From Sedimentisphaerales bacterium (GTDB taxonomy: Bacteria; Planctomycetota; Phycisphaerae; Sedimentisphaerales; Anaerobacaceae), in NCBI GenBank assembly GCA_963708075.1, contig OY970194.1:4864001-4928000 (forward strand): a stretch of DNA of 64,000 bases, in the 5' to 3' direction. A program made the translations under genes and the position numbers. Below the pieces are notes generated by a model that did not search any database, was not told the DNA's origin, and saw only the letters and a list, made by a program, of their open reading frames with translations. Below, in pieces: positions 46,100-54,588 of this stretch (its first letter is position 1; every line of letters starts with the position of its first letter).

Positions 46100-46207
46100 G
46101 TGTTTTGACTACTTCCGAATGATGACTTACTATATTATTGACAACAAGGTGCGGGGGACTGCAACCTGAGCCTCCTGCATCCGATGTGCAATACTACCTG
46201 ACTTATA

Positions 46208-47083
46208 GTGAATTGTAAATCGGAATCTGTGTCAAACGGAGCGGAACAACTGAACAGCGTCACCTTTGCAGACAAGTTGCTCTTCACGGCCGGGGTTCTG
46301 CTCTTCGCCCGGTGGCTGCTCGCCACGTCCCTGGGACGGACCGCCCTGGCCGACTCGCCGCCCCGCCGCAACAGGCTGGCCCCCTATGCCCCATTTATCC
46401 CCTTCGGCATCTGGTTCCTGGGCACCCTCGTGCTTCAGTCGATGGCCCACCAGATCGTCGGCTCCCTCGCAGGCTGGCGGGGCACGTTCGTGGACAATCT
46501 CGTCTTTTGCCTCGGAGCGGTGATCACCATCGCCGTCATCCTGCTCATCGCCAGGCTCACCTTTGCCCGGGGCCTGCGGGGCTTCGGACTGAGGCCCCGG
46601 ACCATTCCCCGCGACCTGGGCTGGGCCGGGATCTACCTGCTGGCGATCCTGCCCATCGTCATGGGGATGGTCGCCGTCACGATATACATCGGAAAGGCTC
46701 TTCTGGGTCAGGATTTCGAGATGCCCAAGCATGTAGGACTGGAGCTGATCACAGAGTCGCCGGCGCTTCCCTTGCAGATCCTGATTATCTTCCTGGCCGT
46801 GGTGATCGCCCCATTGGTCGAGGAGATGCTCTTTCGCGGCATGATTCAAACGACGCTCCGCTCCTACATCCGCCGCCCCTGGCCGGCGATCATCATCACA
46901 TCCATCTTGTTCGCCAGCGTCCACGTAAACGCCACGCATTGGCCCGCCCTGTTTGCCCTGGCCATGGGCCTGGGCTACTCCTACGAAAGGAGCGGCTCGC
47001 TCTTTCGTCCGATCTTCATGCACGCCCTGTTCAACGGCCTGACCATCGCCGCCGCCCTCGCCGAGTCCCCCCCACCGGCATAA
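46208..47083 (+). CDS. CPBP/CAAX (Abi) intramembrane metalloprotease
   Basis: EEMLFRG, FASVH and HALFN; multiple TM helices. Confidence 0.88.
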   Translation: MNCKSESVSNGAEQLNSVTFADKLLFTAGVLLFARWLLATSLGRTALADSPPRRNRLAPYAPFIPFGIWFLGTLVLQSMAHQIVGSLAGWRGTFVDNLVFCLGAVITIAVILLIARLTFARGLRGFGLRPRTIPRDLGWAGIYLLAILPIVMGMVAVTIYIGKALLGQDFEMPKHVGLELITESPALPLQILIIFLAVVIAPLVEEMLFRGMIQTTLRSYIRRPWPAIIITSILFASVHVNATHWPALFALAMGLGYSYERSGSLFRPIFMHALFNGLTIAAALAESPPPA

Positions 47084-47089
47084 AACCTC

Positions 47090-47113
47090 GTAGGGGCGAA
47101 TCATCATTCGCCC
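47090..47113. repeat. REP-like palindrome (family D, GTAG type)
   Basis: gtaggggcgaatcatcattcgccc; inverted copies at 51484-51507 and 52224-52247. Confidence 0.8.
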
Positions 47114-47401
47114 GCACACCTCCGACACGGATTCACGCCAATTTCGAATTTGACACGGATTTCCCCGCATGTCATTCCCGACCCCCGATCAGGTCGAGAG
47201 CTGGCTCTGATCGGGAATCCAGGATTCCTGCCACTTCAAACTTCAAACATCAGACTTCACACTTCCCTTCCCATCATAAATCGTAAATCGAAGATCCCAA
47301 CCCCCTTGCCTGTTTCTCCGCTCGTCCCCATAATACTCCCCACAGAAACACCTTTGATGGGTCTGTAACGAACGAATCTGGAACAGGAACAGAGGAGTCT
47401 C

Positions 47402-48667
47402 ATGAAAACATCGACTAGTCGGTCCCGGTGCCTGCTCGTGCTTTCAATCGTAAGCTGCTGCTGTTTTGCCCCCGCGAACGCCCGGGCGGAGGACTGGCCC
47501 CAATGGCGCGGGCCCAATCGCGACGGCAAGTCCGCGGATACCGGCCTGCTCAAGGAATGGCCCGCCGACGGGCCGAAGCCGGCTTGGAAGGCGACCGGGC
47601 TGGGCAAAGGCTACGCCAACATGTCCGTGGCCGCGGGCCGGCTCTTTACCATGGGGGACAAGGAGGCCGTCGGGTACGTGATCGCTCTCAACGCCGCGGA
47701 CGGCAAAATCCTTTGGTCCACCAAGGTCGGCGCCGCTGGCGCGCCCGGCCCGGCAGACTGGAGCTATCCCGGGCCGCGTTGCACGCCCACAGTCAGCGGC
47801 GACCTCGTTTTCGCCCTCGACGCCTGGGGAGAGATGATTTGCGTGACCGCCGCCGACGGCAAGGAGCAGTGGCGCAAGAATTTCGATAAGGACTTCGGCG
47901 GCAAGCCTCCAACCTGGGGCTTCTCGGAATCCCCCCTCGTGGACGGCGACCAGGTCGTGGTCACCCCCGGCGGGAGCCAGGGAGCCATGGTGGCGCTCGA
48001 CAAGAAGACCGGCCGGCTGCTCTGGCAGTCCAGGGACTTCACCGACGAGGCCCACTACTCCTCCATCGTCCCGGCCGACATCGGCGGCATACGCCAGTAC
48101 GTCCAACTCACCGCCGCCAGCGTCGTCGGCATCTCCGCCAAGGATGGCAGCGTCCTGTGGAAAGCCCCGCGCAAGGGCAACGTAGCCGTCATTCCGACGC
48201 CGATTGTGGACAGAAATCTGATCTATGTCACCTCCGGCTACGGCGCCGGCTCCCACCTCTTCAAAGTGACCTCCGACGCCGGCAAGTTCTCCGTCGAGCA
48301 GGTCTACGCCGAGAGAGCCATGGCCGTCCATCACGGCGGCGTGGTTAAGGTAGGCGAGCACGTCTACGGCTATTCCGACAGCAAGGGTCTGACCTGCCAG
48401 AATTTCCAGACAGGCGAAATTGTTTGGTCGGAAAAAGAGAAGATCAAAAAGGGCTGCGTCTCCTACGCCGACGGCGCCCTATACTGCCGCGAAGAAGACA
48501 CCGGCACAATGGTCCTGGTGGAGGCATCCCCAACAGGCTACACAGAGAAAGGCCGCTTCCCCCAGCCCGACCGCGCCAAAGAAAAAGCCTGGCCCCACCC
48601 CACCATCGCCAACGGCAAACTCTACCTCCGCGACCAGGACCTGCTGCTATGCTACGACGTCAAGTGA
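47402..48667 (+). CDS. PQQ-binding-like beta-propeller protein
   Basis: DWPQWRGPNRDG, repeated A.DGK..W motifs and HP.IANGKLYLRD. Confidence 0.9.
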   Translation: MKTSTSRSRCLLVLSIVSCCCFAPANARAEDWPQWRGPNRDGKSADTGLLKEWPADGPKPAWKATGLGKGYANMSVAAGRLFTMGDKEAVGYVIALNAADGKILWSTKVGAAGAPGPADWSYPGPRCTPTVSGDLVFALDAWGEMICVTAADGKEQWRKNFDKDFGGKPPTWGFSESPLVDGDQVVVTPGGSQGAMVALDKKTGRLLWQSRDFTDEAHYSSIVPADIGGIRQYVQLTAASVVGISAKDGSVLWKAPRKGNVAVIPTPIVDRNLIYVTSGYGAGSHLFKVTSDAGKFSVEQVYAERAMAVHHGGVVKVGEHVYGYSDSKGLTCQNFQTGEIVWSEKEKIKKGCVSYADGALYCREEDTGTMVLVEASPTGYTEKGRFPQPDRAKEKAWPHPTIANGKLYLRDQDLLLCYDVK

Positions 48668-48813
48668 TGGGAAGACCCTTGGCTGCGCACAAATCGCGGG
48701 GAAATCGACACGGAATCTGGGCCTACGACACTCAGCTCGGGGCTGAAGAAGTGACGTGTTCCTGGAATCCGGAAATGCGAAACATGGCCTCGCCAAGCTC
48801 CAGTTGTCAACAG

Positions 48814-49821
48814 CTAACGGTCGAGATTCGAGGCCGCGGGCTCCCCTAGTCTTGGATCAAATAGGACCAATTGCTGTGAGCCCTGTTCGATCTTTTTCGG
48901 CGGCCCATGCTCAGCATTATCAAAGTGTCCGCCCAGAGAGTCAAAGCGAAATTTGCTTGCCTCCAAATACTCTTTCTGTGTCTCGAAGGCTAGCCATCTC
49001 CTGTGCGCCTGTTCGGCGACTGCTCCGGTGGTGTTACTTCCGGCGAATGGATCGAGTATCAAATCGCCTTCATTCGTAAGGAAGTCGATGAAGAACCGAG
49101 GCAGTTGCGGAGGGAATCGGGCTGGGTGCGGCTTGATCCCCGCTCGATTGCAGGCCTGTAGATAATAGCCATTGCTATCGTTGTTGCCGAATTCCAGCAG
49201 GTTCGGCGGGATAGAGCCACCCAGGTCCTTACCAAATTTGTCGGTGATGTTATGACCCGAAGGACGCCTCTTAGCTTTGTAGCCCCGTTCTATGAGGCGG
49301 AGCATGTCTTTGCTGTATTCACGCAGAACCCTCCGATTGTCCGCCTTTGGAAATGGGCTTTTTGACAACCACCACACGCACTCAACAGAGTCCTTGATTC
49401 TGATCTTTCGCACTGTGACCCACTCGGCAGGAGAAGGCAATTTGGCGGGATTGTACCAATAGAACTCCTGTGCAAGGTGGAATCCCAATTCATCACACAA
49501 CGCTATCAGAAGCTTGAAGTGGTAGAGAGAACGGGTCGGCTGGCCCTCGTTGTAGCTGCCCCCTATATCGATGACAAGACTCCCATCGGGTGCAAGTACC
49601 CGGTGGAAGTGGCGTGCGAATTCGAGGAACCACGGGACATACTCATGCTTCTCTACATTGCCATATTCCTTCTTGAAGTGAAGTGCGTATGGTGGGGATG
49701 TTACGATGAGGTTAACTGAATCATCGGGTAAATCCCTCACCAGGTCCCGCGCATCCCCTAAGTATGCAACGCCGAGATCTGTTGCATAAAAGGGTTTCCT
49801 TTTGATGAACTCTGCTATCAT
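48814..49821 (-). CDS. N4-cytosine (beta-class) DNA methyltransferase, M.PvuII-like
   Basis: TSPPY precedes [29 protein letters not shown] and HPARFP recall M.PvuII. Confidence 0.9.
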   Translation of the reverse strand: MIAEFIKRKPFYATDLGVAYLGDARDLVRDLPDDSVNLIVTSPPYALHFKKEYGNVEKHEYVPWFLEFARHFHRVLAPDGSLVIDIGGSYNEGQPTRSLYHFKLLIALCDELGFHLAQEFYWYNPAKLPSPAEWVTVRKIRIKDSVECVWWLSKSPFPKADNRRVLREYSKDMLRLIERGYKAKRRPSGHNITDKFGKDLGGSIPPNLLEFGNNDSNGYYLQACNRAGIKPHPARFPPQLPRFFIDFLTNEGDLILDPFAGSNTTGAVAEQAHRRWLAFETQKEYLEASKFRFDSLGGHFDNAEHGPPKKIEQGSQQLVLFDPRLGEPAASNLDR

Positions 49822-49880
49822 GCCATATCAGTCCTAACTTACAGGCACATCATAGCATGAGTTCATCCGGGAGACAAGAA

Positions 49881-50447
49881 TCATGGTTTTGCAGAATCCA
49901 CGATTTCGAATACTTCCAGCAAGTCGCTACGCCACGGCGGTGCGGCGGGCTGACAAATAGGATGCATTACCTCCAGCCGGTCTGGTTGTTTGCGGTGGCG
50001 CGCCAAGTCTCTTGCAGGGGCGTAGAGATATTCCCAAGCCCCTTTCTGGTTGAAGAGGCAAGCGGCGACCACGTCAAATTCGTCCGGGCGGTACAAGCGT
50101 GTCTTCTCCCCAGTTTTGGAGTCGACGCCGCCTCGTGTCTTTTGCAGTTCCACCCTGAACGACCCTGTTTCCGCACCCTTGCAGCGTTGCCGACCACTCC
50201 TCACGTTCTTGCACTGTATGGTCAGTTGCTGAGCTTTGTAGCAAAGGAAGAAATCCGGTTCCTTGTCTTTGTCGCTCCACCGCAACTCCGATATGACACC
50301 TTGCTTCTGCAGCCCCTGCAATGCCCGAAACAGGTAGAGCTCGGCAAGTTTCCCTCTGACATCAACCTGCGCACGGAAGCCACTGCTAATCGCGTCAAGG
50401 ATGTCCCTTGCCGATGCGTTGAGGCTCCTCTCCAGGGGATGCTCAAT
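49881..50447 (-). CDS. Putative PD-(D/E)xK restriction endonuclease (start uncertain)
   Basis: RGKLAE...EPDF...IQCKN; lies between the controller gene and the MTase. Confidence 0.6.
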   Translation of the reverse strand: MEHPLERSLNASARDILDAISSGFRAQVDVRGKLAELYLFRALQGLQKQGVISELRWSDKDKEPDFFLCYKAQQLTIQCKNVRSGRQRCKGAETGSFRVELQKTRGGVDSKTGEKTRLYRPDEFDVVAACLFNQKGAWEYLYAPARDLARHRKQPDRLEVMHPICQPAAPPWRSDLLEVFEIVDSAKP

Positions 50448-50448
50448 A

Positions 50449-50682
50449 CTATTTCTTTGTCCTTGAATTTCCGAGGCCACGAAACAGTTCCTTGATGTCC
50501 ACATCCAATGCACGGGCCAAGTCCGCAACTACCTGTAACGTGATGTTCCTCTCACCCCGCTCAATGCCGCCAATGTACGTCCAGTGACGCCCGGCAGCTT
50601 CCGCAAGCTGCTCTTGAGTCCAGCCCCGTTTCTTGCGCAGGTCGCGCACGCGCGACCCGAATTGTTCCTGAATCGTTCCCAT
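50449..50682 (-). CDS. R-M controller (C) protein, XRE HTH
   Basis: FGSRVRDLR...WTQEQLAE.AG.HWTYIGGIERGERNITL is the C-protein signature. Confidence 0.85.
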   Translation of the reverse strand: MGTIQEQFGSRVRDLRKKRGWTQEQLAEAAGRHWTYIGGIERGERNITLQVVADLARALDVDIKELFRGLGNSRTKK

Positions 50683-50721
50683 TGAGCCGGAGTATCGCCG
50701 AACGCAAAGCGAAGGGACAGA

Positions 50722-50732
50722 GACTATGAGTA
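50722..50732 (-). promoter_or_regulatory. C-box-like operator half
   Basis: TACTCATAGTC (ACT-N3-AGT) about 40 nt upstream of the C gene. Confidence 0.55.
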
Positions 50733-51661
50733 TTATTCGCATGAGAGAGAAACAGAACATGTAGGGGTGTTCTGCTTCTCTGGGAAAAAGTAGAGGTGTC
50801 AGAGATCAAGGGCGTCAGGTACTCTTTGAGGTGTCCCCTTTCTTCCTGTTCTTCGTGGTGAAGAGCCCTGGATTCCTGCGCCTCGATCTGAGCTTGCCCT
50901 CGACCTGATCGAGGGTCGAGGGCGAGCTTCGTGAGAATGGCATGCACAATGCAGTTTTCGCGTGGTTCGCGTCCCTCGATCAGGTCGAGGCCAGGCTTTC
51001 GCGGTTTCCATATCTGTGTTCATCGGCGTTCATCAGCGGTTGACAATCAGAAGAATCGGTGTGCGGTGCACACCCTACAAAATCTGCGTCAATCGGCGAA
51101 ATCTGCGGATGAACGAGATCGGTGGGCGGAGCCCACGCTGCCGCTGTCGGCCGGATTGTGGCCGCGTCACTTTTTCGAGTGTCTCTGTACTACTACTTGT
51201 TGGAATCTTGTTTTCCTGCGCAGATTTTTCGACGGGGTGACACGTAAGCTACTGAAACCACACGAATTATGTCTCGCGCAGAGACGCAGGGACGCAGAGT
51301 ACAGAACGTGTTGCGGCTCGGCCTTTCTCTGCGCCTCCGCGTCTCTGCGCGAGTCGATTTTTGGTTGCGGCCGGAGGCCGCGCTGGGTCCTCTGAGGCCT
51401 CTGTGGCGGCTTCTTTGTCTTGCGCTTTGCTTTGGACTTTTTGCGGGGTGACTGGCGGGCGGATGGTGGTTCGGGCGTGGTGCGGGCGAATGATGATTCG
51501 CCCCTACGGGCGGCGTGTTGGGCGAGGAATTGGGCACGGCGTTCGGGGGCCATTTTTCGGGGAAATTCTGGGGGGACGCCTTATTTGATTTGGGTCGCGA
51601 ATCGAGTATGCTTGGGAGCTTGAGAGTCCTGGCTCTGTGAAGCGATGAATGGAGCACTGTC

Positions 51662-52262
51662 GTGGATGAAGAGAATCTTTCGGTACCTGTCCGACGACAA
51701 CCCGAAAACACAGGCTTCGAAGAGTTGAAGTCCGTCAACCGGCATGGTGCGGAATACTGGAGCGCTCGCGATCTCCAGCCGCTGCTGGGCTACAGCCAGT
51801 GGCGCAGCTTCGAGAAAGCTGTCGCGAAGGCTATAACCTCTTGCCAACAATCGGGTAACGACCCGGACCATCATTTTGCGCGCGCGCAAAATGATCGTTC
51901 TTGGCAAAGGCGGGCAGAGGAATGTGGATGATTACTGGCTGTCCCGTTTCGCCTGCTACCTGATTGCTCAGAACGGTGACCCTCGTAAACCGCAGATTGC
52001 CCTTGCTCAGAAATACTTCGCGATTCAGACCCGGCGGCAGGAGATGAGCGATGCTTATCAGCAGGACATGGAGCGACTGGAACTGCGCAAGCAGACGACG
52101 GAGGAATTCAAGGCGTTGTCGGGCGCAGCGAGACAGGCCGGTGTGCAAAGCACGATGTTTGGCGTGTTCCACGATGCGGGCTACAAGGGCTTGTACGGCG
52201 GCCTGGGGAGCGACCAGATCATAGGGCGAATGATGATTCGCCCCTACGGGAATTGGCCGTAG
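51662..52262 (+). pseudogene. dinD: DNA damage-inducible protein D, frameshifted and 3' truncated
   Basis: [44 protein letters not shown] and [12 protein letters not shown]. Frameshift in (GC)5 at 51878-51887; the gene ends in a REP. Confidence 0.8.
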
Positions 52263-52414
52263 ATTTCCTGGCAGCATTCGGGTGGCCATTCTTCGGGGAC
52301 GTTGACAATTTACGATTTGCGATTTACGATTTACGGGTACTTCGGCTGAGCCTGTCGCCAGGGCGAGGCCGAATGGTGGATCGTAAACTATAAATCGTAA
52401 ATCCGCGGGGCCCT

Positions 52415-52750
52415 ATGGACCTGAATGAGCCTGCAATCACAGTCGGGTATGGAACGGACGTGACGATCGCGACGTTCAACGAGCTGACCATCATCGAGGA
52501 ACAGCAGATCCGCGATCTGGAGGCCGAGCTGGTGGCCATTGTCCAAAACAATGGGGCCAAGAAGCTCCTCCTGAACTTCGAGAATGTCCAGTTCATGTCC
52601 TCTGCCTTCCTCGGTCTGCTGGTGAAGGTCCACAAGCGCGTCATCGAGGCGGGCGGCACGCTCCAGCTCCATAACCTCAACCCGAAAATCCACAAGGTCT
52701 TCGAAATCACCAAGCTGACGAAGGTCCTCGACATCGTCCGGGCGAAGTAA
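52415..52750 (+). CDS. STAS-domain anti-sigma-factor antagonist
   Basis: LNFENVQFMSSAFLG.L and VFEITKL. Confidence 0.88.
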   Translation: MDLNEPAITVGYGTDVTIATFNELTIIEEQQIRDLEAELVAIVQNNGAKKLLLNFENVQFMSSAFLGLLVKVHKRVIEAGGTLQLHNLNPKIHKVFEITKLTKVLDIVRAK

Positions 52751-54253
52751 TCACCAGAGCTTTTGCTGATCGACGTTGTCCACCTGCTGCCTCTTGCCGC
52801 GGGCGGACTTCGTCGCTTCCACGATGTCAAAGGCGGCTTTCGGGCAGGCGCCCTTCGGACACTGTCCGGTCCAGCAGTACAGGCAGAGCTTCTCTCTGGG
52901 TAGCCCGATGGCCTTGATCATGTCGTCCACCGTCTGGTACCGCAACGTCGTGACGCCCAGGTCGCGGGCGATCCAGTCCACCATCTTCGCGTACTTCTCC
53001 GAGGTGTCGTCGATGTAGGGCGACACGTCCGCCACGTCGTGGTTTTCGAGGCTGCGAATGGCCCTGCGGGCGGCGAGCTCGGCGACGGAGCGCGTGGACA
53101 GGTTGAAGATGCAGGGGAACATCAGCGGCGGACAGGCGGGCCGCACGTGGATCTCTTTGGCGCCGCCGTCCCACAGCTTCTGAATCGCGAAGTTCTTCAA
53201 CTGCGTGCCCCGGACGATGGAGTCTTCGCAGATGACGATGCTGTTGCCCTCGATGACTTCGCGAACGGCGATGAGCTTCATTTTGGCGATCAGGTCGCGT
53301 GTGTGTTGGGATGGGGGCATGTAGCTTCGGCCGTAGCCGGGGGTGTACTTGACGAGCGGGCGGCGGAACGGCTTGCCCGACTCCATGGCATAGCCCAGGC
53401 CATGGGCGATCCCCGAATCCGGGACGCCCGCGACCAGGTCCACCTGAATGTCCTTGTCCCGCCTGGCCAGGCAACGACCGGACCTCTCGCGTGCCACCTC
53501 GACGTTGATCCCCTCGTAATCCGAGGCGGGAAAGCCCGTGTAAATCCACAGGAAGGTGCAGATCTGGTTCGCTTTGCCCCGCCCCGGCCTCTGCTGCACG
53601 AGCCCGTCCTCGTTGATCAGGACGATCTCGCCCGGGTCGAGGTACTTGACCGGCTCAAATCCGAGGTTCGGAAACGCACAACTTTCCGTGGTCACCGCCC
53701 ACCCGTCCTTGCCCCGGCCGATGACCAGCGGCGTATACCCGAAGCGGTCCCGGGCGGCGTAAATCCCCGTCCGGTTCAGCAGCAGCAGCGAGCAGGAGCC
53801 CTCGATCGCCTCGAACATCTTCTCGATCCCGTCCACCAGGTCCGTACCCTGCGAGATGAGCTTGGCGACCAGCTCGGTCATGTTCACGGCCCTTCGGCTG
53901 ACCTCGCTGAAGGAAATCCCGCGCTTGAGCAGCCTGGCGGCCAGCTCCTCGTCGTTCTCCACGACGCCGTTAGTGACCAGGCAGAATGGCCCGAATCGCG
54001 AGTTCTGATAGATGGGCTGCTCTTCAAGGGCGCTGATGACGCCGATGCCCTTGCCGCCCTCCATCTGCCTGTAGCCCTCGAAGAATTTCGATTTGAACTG
54101 GCTTTGGCGAAGATCGTGGATGTGGCGGGTGAATTCGCGTCCCAGGATGGCGATGCCGCCGTATTCGGTGCCAAGATGAGAATGATAATCCGTGCCGTAG
54201 AGGAGAATCTCCGCACAGTCTGCCTTCGATACCACGCCAAAGATGCCGCTCAT
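52751..54253 (-). CDS. purF: Amidophosphoribosyltransferase (Ser-start variant)
   Basis: ARDRFG, GVPDSG, EDSIVRGT, ACPP and C.YCW. N-terminus MSGIFG. Promoter TTGCGT-17-TATCCT upstream. Confidence 0.9.
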   Translation of the reverse strand: MSGIFGVVSKADCAEILLYGTDYHSHLGTEYGGIAILGREFTRHIHDLRQSQFKSKFFEGYRQMEGGKGIGVISALEEQPIYQNSRFGPFCLVTNGVVENDEELAARLLKRGISFSEVSRRAVNMTELVAKLISQGTDLVDGIEKMFEAIEGSCSLLLLNRTGIYAARDRFGYTPLVIGRGKDGWAVTTESCAFPNLGFEPVKYLDPGEIVLINEDGLVQQRPGRGKANQICTFLWIYTGFPASDYEGINVEVARERSGRCLARRDKDIQVDLVAGVPDSGIAHGLGYAMESGKPFRRPLVKYTPGYGRSYMPPSQHTRDLIAKMKLIAVREVIEGNSIVICEDSIVRGTQLKNFAIQKLWDGGAKEIHVRPACPPLMFPCIFNLSTRSVAELAARRAIRSLENHDVADVSPYIDDTSEKYAKMVDWIARDLGVTTLRYQTVDDMIKAIGLPREKLCLYCWTGQCPKGACPKAAFDIVEATKSARGKRQQVDNVDQQKLW

Positions 54254-54588
54254 GCTCTGCCTCCTGTGGGTTGCCCGAACCCGTGGGGTTAGAGGACTCC
54301 TTACCTGATGCCTTCCAAGAGTACGCCACAGGATACCAGAATCCCCGCCACGACGCAAGTGTTTCCGCATCACCGCCCCGGCGAGGTGTGCGACTACATT
54401 TCGTGGGCCCCAATGGCTTCGCTGGGCGAGCGAGGACGCCCACCCTACGCCGAGAGCCGTCGGCGCTCTTCGTAGGTCGTGCGTCCTCGCACGACCCTTT
54501 TGCACCGCGTGAAAAAGGCTCAAAAGACGAGCTTTCCCAACCGGCCGACAGAATCTTCCCCACGAAATTTAGTCACACACCCGGCGAG

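Noticed and set aside
54254..54420. Purine/ZTP riboswitch upstream of purF
   Set aside because: The predicted promoter leaves only a ~70-nt leader and I see no ZTP or purine aptamer consensus.
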